Source of the DNA: an uncultured Nitrospiraceae bacterium
Lineage (GTDB): Bacteria; Nitrospirota; Thermodesulfovibrionia; Thermodesulfovibrionales; Dissulfurispiraceae
Direction of reading: 5' to 3'
Length of the DNA stretch: 64,000 nucleotides
Assembly (NCBI GenBank): GCA_963705105.1
Contig: CAVPIW010000006.1
Coordinates: 608,001-672,000, forward strand
Shown here in pieces: positions 9,596 to 20,107 of this stretch. Under the pieces are notes generated by a model. That model saw nothing but the letters and a program-made list of their open reading frames with translations. It searched no databases and was not told the DNA's origin. The translations under genes were made by a program, and so were the position numbers. The stretch's first letter is position 1; each line of letters starts with the position of its first letter.

Positions 9596-10353
9596 TTGGA
9601 ATGATGAGAGATGGGACACGCAATCGACTTTGATAGCCTAAAGGAGGTCTCGTATCTCGGCATAAGGAGGGCTGCGGCATTCCTCGGCCTCGGCCTAAAT
9701 GCAGCAAGACGAGAGGATTTTACCGACTATCAGCTCACTAAGGACGCTACTTTTAGGGTCCTCCCGGCTGATCTGCCCCCAGAGAAGGTGGCAGACATCA
9801 AAGATGCATTCGGTAAATGGGTTATCGCATGCGGCTTGCGGGAGCTCACGGAGACGTTTGCTGTCTATTTGGACGGTATCTACCGGGCTTGCATGCTTAT
9901 GGCGGTCACGAAGCCGCTGGTTCTCCCAGTTGACGCCACAAAGAGTATACGAAAGTTCCTTAGGCTTGGCCTTGCTGAGAAGCTTATTGAACTCCGGAGC
10001 CGCTTTGGTGTCGCCACTCCGAAGGAGGCTTACCTCGGCAGCATTAATCGGGCGCGAAACTGTATTACCCACCGCCGAGGAATCGTTGGCCACGAGGACC
10101 TCACAGAAGGAGACATGCTTCGCCTGAAATGGTGGGCTGTTGATCTATTCGTTCAGACGCCATCGGGTGAACGCATATCGCTGAAGCCTCCGCTTCCGGG
10201 ACAAGGAATCCTGCTGAAGGACGGGGGAAGCGTAATGCTCGGCGTGGTTGATAGGGAGCGGGAGTTTTCTCGAGGGACTGTCCTGGAGATGACCGCGAAT
10301 GACCTTATGGAGGTCTGTATGGTCGTTCAGTTCGCGACTGACGAAATCCTTGG

Positions 10354-12304
10354 CCCATCTTCTACAGTTGGTTCCGAAAAGCGCTCCGAATCAGACATAA
10401 GAATCTATGAGAAACAGGGTGATATGAGGAGAGGAATCGGAGTGAAGCTCAAAACATAGTGCCACGTCATAGCCATTATAAGCTTGCCAATAGGGATTAG
10501 AATGGGTATAATATTAATGTCATGTTCATCAGAATCAAACCATCCGGCCCCCGCTCCTATCTGCAGATCGTCGAAAGTCGGTGGGAAAACGGCAAAGTCC
10601 GCCAGAAAGTCATCGCCACCCTGGGGCGTGTCGATAAACTCAGGGAATCGGGAGCTTTGGACAGCCTCGTACGCTCGGGGGCGCGGTTTTCAGAAAAGCT
10701 TGCCCTGCTTGATGCCTATGACAAGGGAGAGGTTCCGTCTGTGGGACAGCAAAAGATCGGACTGCCTCTGGTGTTTGGCCGACTGTGGAAGGAACTCGGC
10801 ATCCCGGAAGTGATCACCCGCGTGCTGTCGCAGAGGAAGTATCAGTTTGCCGTGGAGAGGGCGATCTATCTGACGGTGCTGCACCGGCTCAGCGCATCGG
10901 GCTCTGACAGGGCGGCGGACAAGTGGAAGGAAGACTACCGGATTGAGGCGGCGGAGGGGATCGAGCTGCACCACCTGTACCGGGCGATGGCATGGTTAGG
11001 GGAGGAGTTGCCGGAGGACGACCAGGAAGGGGCGACACCCTTTGCCTGCCGGTGCACGAAGGACCTGATCGAAGAAGGGATCTTTGAGCGCCGGAGGGAC
11101 CTGTTTACAGATCTCACCCTGGTGTTTTTTGACACCACGAGCATCTATTTTGAAGGAAATGGGGGAGAGGAGATCGGGCAGTTGGGCAACAGCAAGGACC
11201 ACCGGCCTGACCTTCTGCAGATGGTGGTGGGTGTGATCATCGACAGCGCGGGTCGGCCGTTGTGCTGTGAGTTGTGGCCGGGCAACACGACGGACGTCAA
11301 GAGCCTTCTTCCCGTCACCGAGAGATTACGCAAGCGGTTTGGGATCCAGCGGGTCTGTGTCGTGGCGGACCGGGGGATGATCAGCGCGGCGACGGTCAAG
11401 GAACTGCAGACGGGGGAGGTCCCGTACATCCTGGGCGCCCGGATGAGGAAACAGAAAGAGGTCACCCAGGAGGTGCTCAGCCGGGCGGGCAGGTATGAGG
11501 AAGTGTATCCCAAGGGTGCGGACAGCAAAGCGCCCTCACCGCTGAAAGTCAAGGACGTGCGTGTTGACGACAGACGGTACGTCGTCTGTTACAACGAGGA
11601 TCAGGCCAAGAAAGACGCTCTTGACCGGCAGAGTATCGTTGCCTCCCTGCGGGACAAACTGCAGCAGGGACACAAGACATTGGTGGGCAACAAGGGGTAC
11701 CGGAAGTACCTCAAGGCGACGGGGCAGAGGTTCGGGATCGATGAGGACAAGATCAAGGCGGAGGGACGGTATGACGGCAAGTGGGTCCTCAGGACGAACA
11801 CGACACTGCCGGCGCGGGAGGTGGCGCTGCAATACAAGCAGTTGTGGATGGTGGAGCAGATCTTTCGGAGCATGAAGAGCATCCTCAGCACGCAGCCCAT
11901 CTATCATAAGTGTGACGAGACGATCCGGGGGCATGTGTTCTGCAGTTTCCTTGCATTGGTGCTGATCAAGGAACTGCAGGGGCGGATGGAAAGGAAGGGG
12001 TGGCAGGCGGAATGGGCTGATGTGATCCGTGACTTGGAGAGGGTCGAAGAAGTGACGATCCGGACCGGTACGAAGGAGGTCCTTCTCCGGAGCGACCTCA
12101 AGGGACAAGCCGGCAAGGCGTTTCAGGCGGCGGGCGTGGCTGTGCCGCCGACAGTCAGGATACTGAATCAGACTGCATTGGACATGGAGACGTCATGACA
12201 GTGAGCGTGAAGCTGACAAGGGGATTCCTAGTGCCACGCCCTTCTTGCGCCCTCATATCCCCTTGTTATAAGAAAGTTATTTTTTTGCTACTGTAGAAGA
12301 TGGG
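10354..12304 (+). mobile_element. IS1634-family insertion sequence, copy 1
   Basis: 15-bp TIRs CCCATCTTCTACAGT / ACTGTAGAAGATGGG; 5-bp TSD CTTGG (10349-10353 and 12305-12309). Confidence 0.9.
10522..12198 (+). CDS. IS1634-family DDE transposase
   Basis: FFDTTSIYFEG, GNSKDHRPDL, VADRGM and YKQLWMVEQIFRSMKS motifs. Confidence 0.9.
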   Translation: MFIRIKPSGPRSYLQIVESRWENGKVRQKVIATLGRVDKLRESGALDSLVRSGARFSEKLALLDAYDKGEVPSVGQQKIGLPLVFGRLWKELGIPEVITRVLSQRKYQFAVERAIYLTVLHRLSASGSDRAADKWKEDYRIEAAEGIELHHLYRAMAWLGEELPEDDQEGATPFACRCTKDLIEEGIFERRRDLFTDLTLVFFDTTSIYFEGNGGEEIGQLGNSKDHRPDLLQMVVGVIIDSAGRPLCCELWPGNTTDVKSLLPVTERLRKRFGIQRVCVVADRGMISAATVKELQTGEVPYILGARMRKQKEVTQEVLSRAGRYEEVYPKGADSKAPSPLKVKDVRVDDRRYVVCYNEDQAKKDALDRQSIVASLRDKLQQGHKTLVGNKGYRKYLKATGQRFGIDEDKIKAEGRYDGKWVLRTNTTLPAREVALQYKQLWMVEQIFRSMKSILSTQPIYHKCDETIRGHVFCSFLALVLIKELQGRMERKGWQAEWADVIRDLERVEEVTIRTGTKEVLLRSDLKGQAGKAFQAAGVAVPPTVRILNQTALDMETS

Positions 12305-12361
12305 CTTGGCTCTGCGCTGGCCTACGGGAGGGCAATCGGAATAGAGGTAGTTCAGAAACAG

Positions 12362-12416
12362 AGCGAACCAGCGCTCGAACGGACGCTTGACAGCGCCGGT
12401 TGAGCGCCCCGTTCAA
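12362..12416 (+). other. attC site
   Basis: AGCGAAC-CAGC-GCTCGAAC...GTTGAGC-GCCC-GTTCAAT: paired R and L boxes with one extra base in the left L box. Confidence 0.8.
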
Positions 12417-12494
12417 TCCAATAAAAATACATTCAAAAAAAGATATTAAATGCAAAATTTTGCTCTTATCGTTCTGATTTTGCTGCTGGTTAGT

Positions 12495-14420
12495 CCGAAG
12501 TTCCAGCCAAAAACAAGTTAGGTCGACCGGATAATCCTTGAAGAGCAAGCGGATGTGATCGTTTGCGCTTTGCCTATGTTCCCATGTAATATATATTTTA
12601 TGCTTGACAATAGATGCTCATTATGCTATTATTGTTACCATGTACATCGACATCGTCCCGAACCGTACCTCCCGTCCCGCCATCCTCATCCGTGAGGCAT
12701 GGAGAGAGGGCAAGAAGATCAGAAAGCGCACCGTGGCCAACATCTCCGACTGGCCGATGCAGAAAGTCGAAACTCTCCGCGCCCTGCTGAGGGGCGAGGA
12801 GCTTATCAGCACGAAAGACCTGTTTCATATCGAGCGGTCCCTGCCGCACGGCAACGTCGAGGCGATCCTGGGGACGATCACACGTCTGGGGTTGGACGCG
12901 ATGATTGCGCCGGAGCGCTCACGGCAGCGTGATCTGGTTGTGGCGATGATCGCGCAGCGGCTGATCCATCCCTGTTCGAAGCTGGCCACCACGAGGCTGT
13001 GGCACAGCAGCACGCTGGCCGAGGAGGTGTCGGTGAGGGATGCGGACAGCGAGGAACTGTACGGGGCTTTGGACTGGCTGATCCAGAGGCAGCCGGACAT
13101 AGAGAGGAACCTGGCGAAGCGGCATCTTACGGAGGGTTCGGTGGTGCTGTATGACGTCAGCAGCAGTTATTACGAGGGGCACACGTGTCCTTTGGTCAGC
13201 TATGGATACAACCGAGACGACAAGAGGGGTTTGCCGATCATTGTGTACGGGGTTCTGACGGACCGTGCGGGCAGGCCTGTGGCCGTCGATGTGTATCCGG
13301 GCGATACGGGGGATCCGTCGACGGTTGCGGATCAGGTGCAGAAGCTGCGGCAACGGTTTGGGCTGTCCCGGGTTATTCTGGTCGGGGACCGGGGAATGTT
13401 GACCCAAGCGAGGATTGATGTGCTGAAGGGGTATCCGGGGATTGGCTGGATCTCTGCACTGAAGAGCCGGGCGATCCGGGATCTGGTGGACACGGGGGAT
13501 CTGCAGTTGTCGCTTTTTGATCGGACGAACCTTGCGGAGATCACCTCGCCGGAGTACCCCGGTGAGCGTTTGATCGCGTGTTTCAATCCGCTGCTGGCGG
13601 AGGAGCGTCGTCGCAAGAGGCAGGAGTTGATCGAGGCAGCGCAGAGGGACCTCCAGAAGATCGCTGCGCAGGTGCAGCGCAGGAGCAGGCATCCGCTGAC
13701 GGCAAGCGAGATTGGACAGAAGGTCGGCAAGGTGATCAACCGGTACAAGGTCGGGAAGCATTTTGCTCTGACGATCCAGGATGGACTGTTTCAGTGCAGG
13801 AGGAATGAGGAGTCCATCGAGCGTGAGATGCGGCTGGACGGGATCTACGTGGTCCGCACCAGTGAGTCTGCGGAGGAGATGTCGGCGGCTGATACGGTAC
13901 GGCAGTACAAGGGCCTGTCACAAGTGGAGAGGGCATTCCGCTGTCTCAAGGGGGTTGACCTGCTGGTCCGGCTCATCCGGCACTTCACGTCTGATCATGT
14001 CCGGGCGCACATCTTTCTGTGCATGCTGGCCTATTATGTGGAATGGCACATGAGGGAGGCGCTCGCTCCGCTGCTGTTTGATGACGAGCACCTGCAGGAG
14101 CTGCGCGTCACGCGTGATCCTGTGGCTCCCGCGCAGCCATCGGAGTCGGCACGGAAAAAGAAGACGAGACGGACGACAGAGGATGGTCTTCCGATACACA
14201 GCTTTCAGAGTCTTCTGGCGGAATTGGCAACCCGGTGCCGTAACCGATGCCGGGTACAATCGCAGCCCGACGCACTGACATTCGTTCAGCATACAGAGTA
14301 CAGCCCGTTACAGGAGAGAGCTATGCAGTTGCTGGGCTTGTTGCCAGTACAGAAAACCTAACTCGATGGTTTCCTATCAAAATAACAACAGGTTAGCTTG
14401 TCCCCCTACCGGAACTTCGG
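12495..14420 (+). mobile_element. IS1634-family insertion sequence, copy 2 (different element)
   Basis: TIRs CCGAAGTTCC / GGAACTTCGG; 6-bp TSD GTTAGT (12489-12494 and 14421-14426). Confidence 0.9.
12640..14361 (+). CDS. IS1634-family DDE transposase
   Basis: MYIDIVPNR start; LYDVSSSYYEG, GYNRD, VGDRGM and YKGLSQVERAFR motifs. TTGACA-17-TATTAT promoter lies just upstream. Confidence 0.9.
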   Translation: MYIDIVPNRTSRPAILIREAWREGKKIRKRTVANISDWPMQKVETLRALLRGEELISTKDLFHIERSLPHGNVEAILGTITRLGLDAMIAPERSRQRDLVVAMIAQRLIHPCSKLATTRLWHSSTLAEEVSVRDADSEELYGALDWLIQRQPDIERNLAKRHLTEGSVVLYDVSSSYYEGHTCPLVSYGYNRDDKRGLPIIVYGVLTDRAGRPVAVDVYPGDTGDPSTVADQVQKLRQRFGLSRVILVGDRGMLTQARIDVLKGYPGIGWISALKSRAIRDLVDTGDLQLSLFDRTNLAEITSPEYPGERLIACFNPLLAEERRRKRQELIEAAQRDLQKIAAQVQRRSRHPLTASEIGQKVGKVINRYKVGKHFALTIQDGLFQCRRNEESIEREMRLDGIYVVRTSESAEEMSAADTVRQYKGLSQVERAFRCLKGVDLLVRLIRHFTSDHVRAHIFLCMLAYYVEWHMREALAPLLFDDEHLQELRVTRDPVAPAQPSESARKKKTRRTTEDGLPIHSFQSLLAELATRCRNRCRVQSQPDALTFVQHTEYSPLQERAMQLLGLLPVQKT

Positions 14421-15596
14421 GTTAGTTTACCTGTTCAGGTGTGCTCGGCTGAGAAACTATCTAGCACTATCGAAAAGTCCCTTACAACTGGCGATGTACT
14501 TGAAAAACCGATGGTTAGCACTGAAAATATATCAATAGAGGACAGGACATTTGGAGAATATATTATCTATTCTATAGCTACAGCAAAAGATGAATGAGAA
14601 CTCAGAATATCAGATATAAAGGGAGGAACATTTCTGAATAGTAGGACGAAGGATAAAATGCAAGGTTTACGATCAGAACGTACAACAATAGACAAGCAAA
14701 AAGGAGAGGTAAACACTTTGTCATATGAAGACGGTGATAAGGGTGTAGATGTACAAATAAAAGAGAGATGCAAGAGAGGAATAACAACGGCATAGACTCT
14801 GACGAGGCAAACAACGATGCGAGGGTCACGACGAGAACGTAGGCGACGGGAAGGACGACAAAAATGACTGCTAGTCGGGCAACTAGTAGCTATATGCAGA
14901 TGACGAATACTGTATGATAACAAGAAGGGGTGTAAAAAATGAGCTTTATCAACGTGTATCTCAGGCAAGACGGAAAAGAATAGAGCTAACGGCTGTTCTC
15001 TGCGCCGTTTTGGTAGGAGTGGGTTGTGGCCCGATAAGAGGAACGCCAAGCTAAGGAAGACGCCGACAGAAAAGAAACTGCGCGTAAGAACTAAGCAAAG
15101 CTGAACGCCATGTCCGAGGAAATCTCACGGAGATACGATGCCAAAGGCTTTCCTCCTGAGGGGATGGGATCAACTGCTAACACTTATGAGCTCCAAAAGT
15201 TCTACTCGATACACGAAAGGTCAAACATCTAGTATAGAGGCTATCTAGAAGACGACGAGAAAAACGACGTGGTTTCAACAACGAGTTCCTGTGTCCGCTC
15301 GGAGAGCTATACGACAAGAATAAGGTAGCTGTGCTATTTCGGCTGTCAGTCTGAGAGGAGACCGCAATGCGATTCCTGCAAGTAAAGCGCGAAGATAGAA
15401 GCTAAGCCACTTCGCTACCTCATGCACCAGACTTTTTCGTTGTAGCGAGAATCAACGGTTTGCAGAAATCCAGGAGGTACGAGATGTCTTCTCCAAAGGA
15501 GAGAGAGGAAGTGGATTTAGGCCTGAGATTGGTTTGAGCTACGTATCCTGGGGAAAGCTGGTGGAGGCTGTGGCCGTTCAAAATGAATGAAACGCC

Positions 15597-15663
15597 GGTT
15601 CACCTAACGCATGAACCGGATCGTGTCCCTGGCGGGCCACTCCCGGTTATGCGTGCGATGGGC
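15597..15663 (+). other. Degenerate attC-like site
   Basis: GCATGAACCGG...CCGGTTATGC inner boxes with one extra base; outer boxes degenerate (GGTTCAC / GATGGGC). Confidence 0.45.
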
Positions 15664-15813
15664 CCCATCGAGATGAATCCGAACGAGAGATCACGTGGCA
15701 GTTTGCGCCGCGGTCGATGAACAGCGCCGCGTTGCGCTGGAACGGCCCGCAGCGTTCTCGGAGATTATGAACGCGTTCTCGCGAAGCCTCAGTGGTGAAA
15801 TTCGAAGTCTGCC

Positions 15814-16245
15814 GTGGCAAGACCGGAATTCTCAGGCAGTGCCATCGGCCTGAGTTCGAGTGGCACTACAGAACACACTGTCGATCTCTTCTTCAACAGT
15901 CCTGCTGGATACAGAGCGCAGTATCTTGCCGATCCCGACGAAGGACAAAAACAGAATGCGAAGCTGATCGCCTCCCTCGCAGATCGGCTGATCTCCTACG
16001 CGGGGGCGCACCGACAAGATCCCCATGTCCGTCGATCGCGTCCGCCTGGCACTTCAACTTGTTCGGCCAAAGTCTGGTGCCTGAGGCATCCTTGCCTTCA
16101 ACCACCAACTCATGAAGATATAGTAGTTCCGCTATGGTGTCGCAATGCACTCGCTGCCCTCGATGCTTTGCGCGTGGAACTCGCCCTGATCCGGAACAAC
16201 AAGAAAAAGCAATTGGGGTCTACGTGCATCTCGAGCCAGCAATGA
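15814..16245 (+). pseudogene. Frameshifted hypothetical cassette gene
   Basis: Protein-like stretch (VDLFFNSPAGYRAQYLADPDEG...) downstream of the attC-like site; boundaries unreliable. Confidence 0.35.
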
Positions 16246-16419
16246 AGTGAAGGGCGCCCCAGAGACGAGAGAGAGGAAGACGGCCAAGAGACAAGATCTG
16301 TCGACGCCAGGACATCCACAGACGGAACGCATAGCTGGCCAACGGGAGGGACGTGATCCAGCCCCCCCACAACACCCACCATGCGCAAAGAGAGCAAAAG
16401 GGACAACCCCCTATATAGA

Positions 16420-16585
16420 CCGATCCTGCCTGGAGAGTATACAAGCGAGAAGGAGGAAATCCACAGGCTCACGGAGATGATGAACGAACCATGGAGGATG
16501 TCGTACGCAGATACCCGGAGCAGTATCTCTGGATGCACAACCGGTGGAAGACTTACGAGAAAAGACGGGCGAGACCGGCAGGCGC
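16420..16585 (+). repeat. Diverged duplicate of the acyltransferase 3' end (7545-7712)
   Basis: Encodes PILPGEYTSEKEEIHRLTEMMN...EDVVRRYPEQYLWMHNRWKTY, with mostly synonymous differences and one indel. Confidence 0.9.
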
Positions 16586-16703
16586 ATCATCGTTGGAAAT
16601 AAAGTGTGATAGGAGCATGATATGTGTTTGGATTGTATTAAGGGATAATAATGTTGAGAAAGGTGACGAGTTGTTCTGAAGACATAATCTTGAGTAGAAA
16701 AGC

Positions 16704-16780
<77 letters not shown>

Positions 16781-16864
16781 TATGAGTGCCGGTAAATATG
16801 TGTCCGGCAATGGTAGAAAGGAAGGGTTAAGAGATGTTGTGGTATCTTGTAAATAATGGGAGTG

Positions 16865-17360
16865 ATGAATGTGAAGCCAAAGGCAAGACAACATGCGGTG
16901 AGGAAGAACGGTAAAAATTATCCGGGCGATGCTGGCTACGAAAATCGGTCGCTGACCGATATTTACACGGAACTGACAGACGAATATATAGCAGGCACAA
17001 GGAAACCATGGAACTGCTCCAAATTCCCGGATTTCTGGAAGAGTGCAAGGAGGGTCTCAAGGAAATAAAGGCTGGCAGGGGGAAGAAACTGAGTGCTTTG
17101 GCAAGTTAGACTTCCTCAACGGCTGAGAAGTATTATGACAGCCTGACGAAGCAAATAAGGCACCGTGTAAGAAAAGGACTACGGAGTTATCTGGTATGGA
17201 AAATCCGATGGAACATCAGTCAGTGAAGCGCCTGACAGGCGACCTTCAGGGATTTTACCGACTCAGGGTCGGCAAGTACCGCATCGTTTTCGCCATAGTC
17301 GGGGAAACCCGGACAATTGCAGTGGTGAACATTGCGCCACGCGGTGATATATATAAGTAG
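16865..17360 (+). pseudogene. RelBE-like TA pair (antitoxin then RelE toxin), frameshifted
   Basis: Toxin C-terminus VKRLTGDLQGFYRLRVGKYRIVF...NIAPRGDIYK* ends at 17360. Upstream antitoxin-like fragments read ETMELLQIPGFLEECKEGLKEIKAG. Confidence 0.7.
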
Positions 17361-17484
17361 TATTCTCAGGGGCCATGGGATAGAGAATTTGGACAGATTG
17401 AACAAAATATACGGAAAGGCAAACTGAGTGCTTTGCTCCTGTATGCCTGCTAGTATGACAAAAGACAAATTAGAAATGACGGCG

Positions 17485-17572
17485 GCATAACAACGCCTGA
17501 AGCCCGGACGCGGAATAAACCCGGCACGTTTTTTATTTTTCCTGATTGTACGCGCGGTTGAGGCTGTTACGA
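17485..17572 (+). other. Possible degenerate attC site
   Basis: GCATAAC-AACGCCTGAAGCC ... GGTTGAGGCT-GTTACGA imperfect pairing after the TA pair. Confidence 0.35.
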
Positions 17573-17600
17573 GAATGAGATAGGGGGATGGAAGACGAAG

Positions 17601-18107
17601 ATGACCTGTGAACTCCTGTTATACGTGGGCCGGTGCCTCAATGACGGCCTGGGCGAGGGGAGATTCTATCCCGACAGGGACGATCCCTATGCAAAAAAAC
17701 GGGTCTACGACGGCCTCCGGATCATCCGGACATACCTGAAGGCGCCGTTCAGTCAAACACTCATCGTCGACTCCAACGACCTTGTCAGCACCAACGATGA
17801 GGCGGAGTCCCTGATCGATTACGCCCGCAAGCATTTCCCGAACGTAAAAGAGGTCATCGAGCCGCACAACAACATGCACGGCCGCATCATCTTCGCCCGA
17901 AAAATCGTCTTTGAAAACTGCTGCGCATCCGACTCCCAAAGAATCATCGACACGATGAAGAAGTCCGGGCACAAGCCGAGAGGGTATCTCCGGAAGGAGG
18001 AATCGATCCGAAAGACTTACACCGTCGAGCCGTTCATCACTATCCACCTGCGTGAGCTCGAAGGGCAGATCGACAACTACTGGCGTAACGCCCTCAGGTT
18101 CTCATAG
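17601..18107 (+). CDS. Hypothetical protein
   Basis: 168-aa intact ORF with purine-rich upstream sequence; no family recognised. Confidence 0.6.
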   Translation: MTCELLLYVGRCLNDGLGEGRFYPDRDDPYAKKRVYDGLRIIRTYLKAPFSQTLIVDSNDLVSTNDEAESLIDYARKHFPNVKEVIEPHNNMHGRIIFARKIVFENCCASDSQRIIDTMKKSGHKPRGYLRKEESIRKTYTVEPFITIHLRELEGQIDNYWRNALRFS

Positions 18108-18169
18108 CCGCCCCGAATGGGCCGAATACCCTCCTTTCGCTGCCACTCACACTATCGTTGCATGCCATC

Positions 18170-18337
18170 CTTTGACGGCTTCACAAAAAAGTCGTCATAC
18201 CCGCGAAGCTTGTCCCTGCGGACAGTAAGCGGGGAGCGGGTATCCAAACTACAAGAAAATACTTCAAAGCACTGGATTCCCGTCTGCACGGGAATGACGG
18301 ACAAGTGCTTTACTGGCCGCTTTACGAGGTCGTCATC
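18170..18337. repeat. REP-like palindromic element
   Basis: GTCATACCCGCGAA...GCGGGTATCCA and TGGATTCCCGTCTGCACGGGAATGAC in inverted arrangement between convergent genes. Confidence 0.6.
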
Positions 18338-18373
18338 CTTTCACTGACACTCACACTGACACTGACACTATTC

Positions 18374-19237
18374 TTATCCCGTCATCTGCCTGATATCGTC
18401 GAGCTTCCAGTCGAGCCCTTTGCCTTTGAAGGCCCAGTATTCACGGGCATCCACAGGGGTGTCTTTCGAGCCTTCGACGACGGCGTTGTTCTTATCGACC
18501 GTGTAATCACGCATCAGCACGTCGAGAAGGACCACGACGACTTTGCCGTCCCCCTCATCGCTGACCTCCACGACATCAACATTCTGGAAGTGGACGATTT
18601 CGACGACGTTCCGCAATCCCTGAGAACGTAACTCATCCATTTGTTTCGACAGGTACTCGTACATCCTGTCCGTGATGAGGTGCCTGACGGGATTGAGATC
18701 GCCCTGGGACCAGGAGTCCTGCAGGGTCTTGTAAGTGTTCCGGGTAAGATCCTTGACGTACTCCTCGTTGATGCCGCTAACAGGCGCTGCAGCCGTTTCG
18801 TGCGCCTGCGGCTGCTCCATTCCCGGCGAGGTCATCGTCGTCCCTGCGTACTGCATGCCCGCATTCGCCCGCCTTCGCGAGAATGCCCGGTAGATGAAAA
18901 AGAGGAGGCCGCCGATGATGAGAATGTCCAGAAGACCCGGTGTGCCGAAGTTCATACCATGACCCATAAACAGGGAAAGTAGACCGCCTATAAGGAGACC
19001 ACCGGCGAGCGTCTTGAAAAGGGGGCTGCTGAAGAAGGACGGCCGTGCCTGCTGCTGCAGAGGCGGTTGGGTTTGCTGCTGCTGCGGTGTTTTGGTGACG
19101 GAATCCTGGCTTCTGCTGGGCTGGGATTTATAGGACCTGAAACCTGAAGACCTTCCTCCGCCGACGCGGGCGAAGGATTCCGTTGCCGCAAAAGCGAACA
19201 AAGTGAAGATCGAAATGAAGATGAGAGCCTTTTTCAT
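18374..19237 (-). CDS. Tim44/TimA-like domain membrane protein
   Basis: Signal peptide, ARVGGGRSSGFRS, Gly-rich TM segments and C-terminal LQDSWSQGD...EYWAF...WKL. Confidence 0.85.
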   Translation of the reverse strand: MKKALIFISIFTLFAFAATESFARVGGGRSSGFRSYKSQPSRSQDSVTKTPQQQQTQPPLQQQARPSFFSSPLFKTLAGGLLIGGLLSLFMGHGMNFGTPGLLDILIIGGLLFFIYRAFSRRRANAGMQYAGTTMTSPGMEQPQAHETAAAPVSGINEEYVKDLTRNTYKTLQDSWSQGDLNPVRHLITDRMYEYLSKQMDELRSQGLRNVVEIVHFQNVDVVEVSDEGDGKVVVVLLDVLMRDYTVDKNNAVVEGSKDTPVDAREYWAFKGKGLDWKLDDIRQMTG

Positions 19238-19315
19238 CAAACCTCCGTGGATGTTGTGTTTTGGTTTATTATTATAACCCGTGCAGGACAGGAGATGCTT
19301 GCCCCTCCCTGACAG

Positions 19316-20107
19316 TCACCGCTCATACAGGTCCGGCCTCCTGTCGGCGAAGAGATCGTTGAGAGGATTGAGCGCCTTGTTCCGCGAGACGGAGGGATCG
19401 ATGTCCGCAATGAGGAGCGATTCCCCATCTCCCGGCGCGCGCACGAGCACCTCAGCCCTCGGTGAAGCGACCTGGCTCTGACCGATGAAGGTGAGCGTCT
19501 CATCCGGTATTCTCGCCTCCGTCCCGATCCTGTTCGCCGTGACCGCAAAGACCCTGTTTTCGAGGCACCGCGTCGGCATCGCCTGGGGGCAGTAAGGCAG
19601 AACGAGATTCGAGGGATGGGCAATGACATCGGCGCCCCTCAGGGCCAGGGTGCGCATGGACTCGGGAAAGAACCAGTCGAAGCATATCATGACGCCGATC
19701 CGGCCGATCCCTGTCTGCCAGACCCTGAATCCGGTGTCGCCCGGCGCAAAGAAGAGTTTTTCCCGCGAAAAGAGGTGCGTCTTCCGGTAAAGGCCGATGA
19801 AACCATCCGGGCCTGTGAGAACAGCGGAGTTGAAAAATGTGTTTCCATCCCGCTCGGGCAGACCGGCAACGAGATAAATTCCCCGTTGCCGGGACTGTTC
19901 GGACAGGAAATCCGTGGTCCTGCCGACCGGCACTGGTTCAGCGAGTTCTGCGACCTCCTCCTGCGTCGCGAACTGGTATCCCGTGGCGAAAAACTCGGGG
20001 AGTACGATGAGGTCCGCATCGGCATCTCTCAATGCCGCCGCGACTTTCCCGAGGTTGTCCTCCTTCTTTCCGAAGATGACGTCAAACTGATAGAAACCGG
20101 CTTTCAT
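19316..20107 (-). CDS. Carbon-nitrogen hydrolase (nitrilase family)
   Basis: Glu-Lys-Cys triad motifs LPEF, YRKTHL and ICFDWFFPE. Confidence 0.9.
   Translation of the reverse strand: MKAGFYQFDVIFGKKEDNLGKVAAALRDADADLIVLPEFFATGYQFATQEEVAELAEPVPVGRTTDFLSEQSRQRGIYLVAGLPERDGNTFFNSAVLTGPDGFIGLYRKTHLFSREKLFFAPGDTGFRVWQTGIGRIGVMICFDWFFPESMRTLALRGADVIAHPSNLVLPYCPQAMPTRCLENRVFAVTANRIGTEARIPDETLTFIGQSQVASPRAEVLVRAPGDGESLLIADIDPSVSRNKALNPLNDLFADRRPDLYER

Larger units (their letters stand above)
9611..12403 (+). pseudogene. Cassette 1: HEPN-motif protein interrupted by IS1634
   Basis: RNCITH (Rx4H) motif. Removing the IS and one TSD restores ...EILG|SALAYGRAIGIEVVQKQSEPALERTLDSAG* (about 278 aa), ending inside attC. 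Confidence 0.7.
12450..14597 (+). pseudogene. Cassette 2: predicted secreted protein interrupted by IS1634
   Basis: MQNFALIVLILLLVS|LPVQVCSAEKLSSTIEK... reads in frame across the IS and has a signal-peptide-like N-terminus. The 3' end is uncertain (low-quality sequence). Confidence 0.55.

Noticed and set aside
10354..14420. Composite transposon formed by the two IS1634 elements
   Set aside because: The elements have different TIRs and each has its own TSD, indicating independent insertions.
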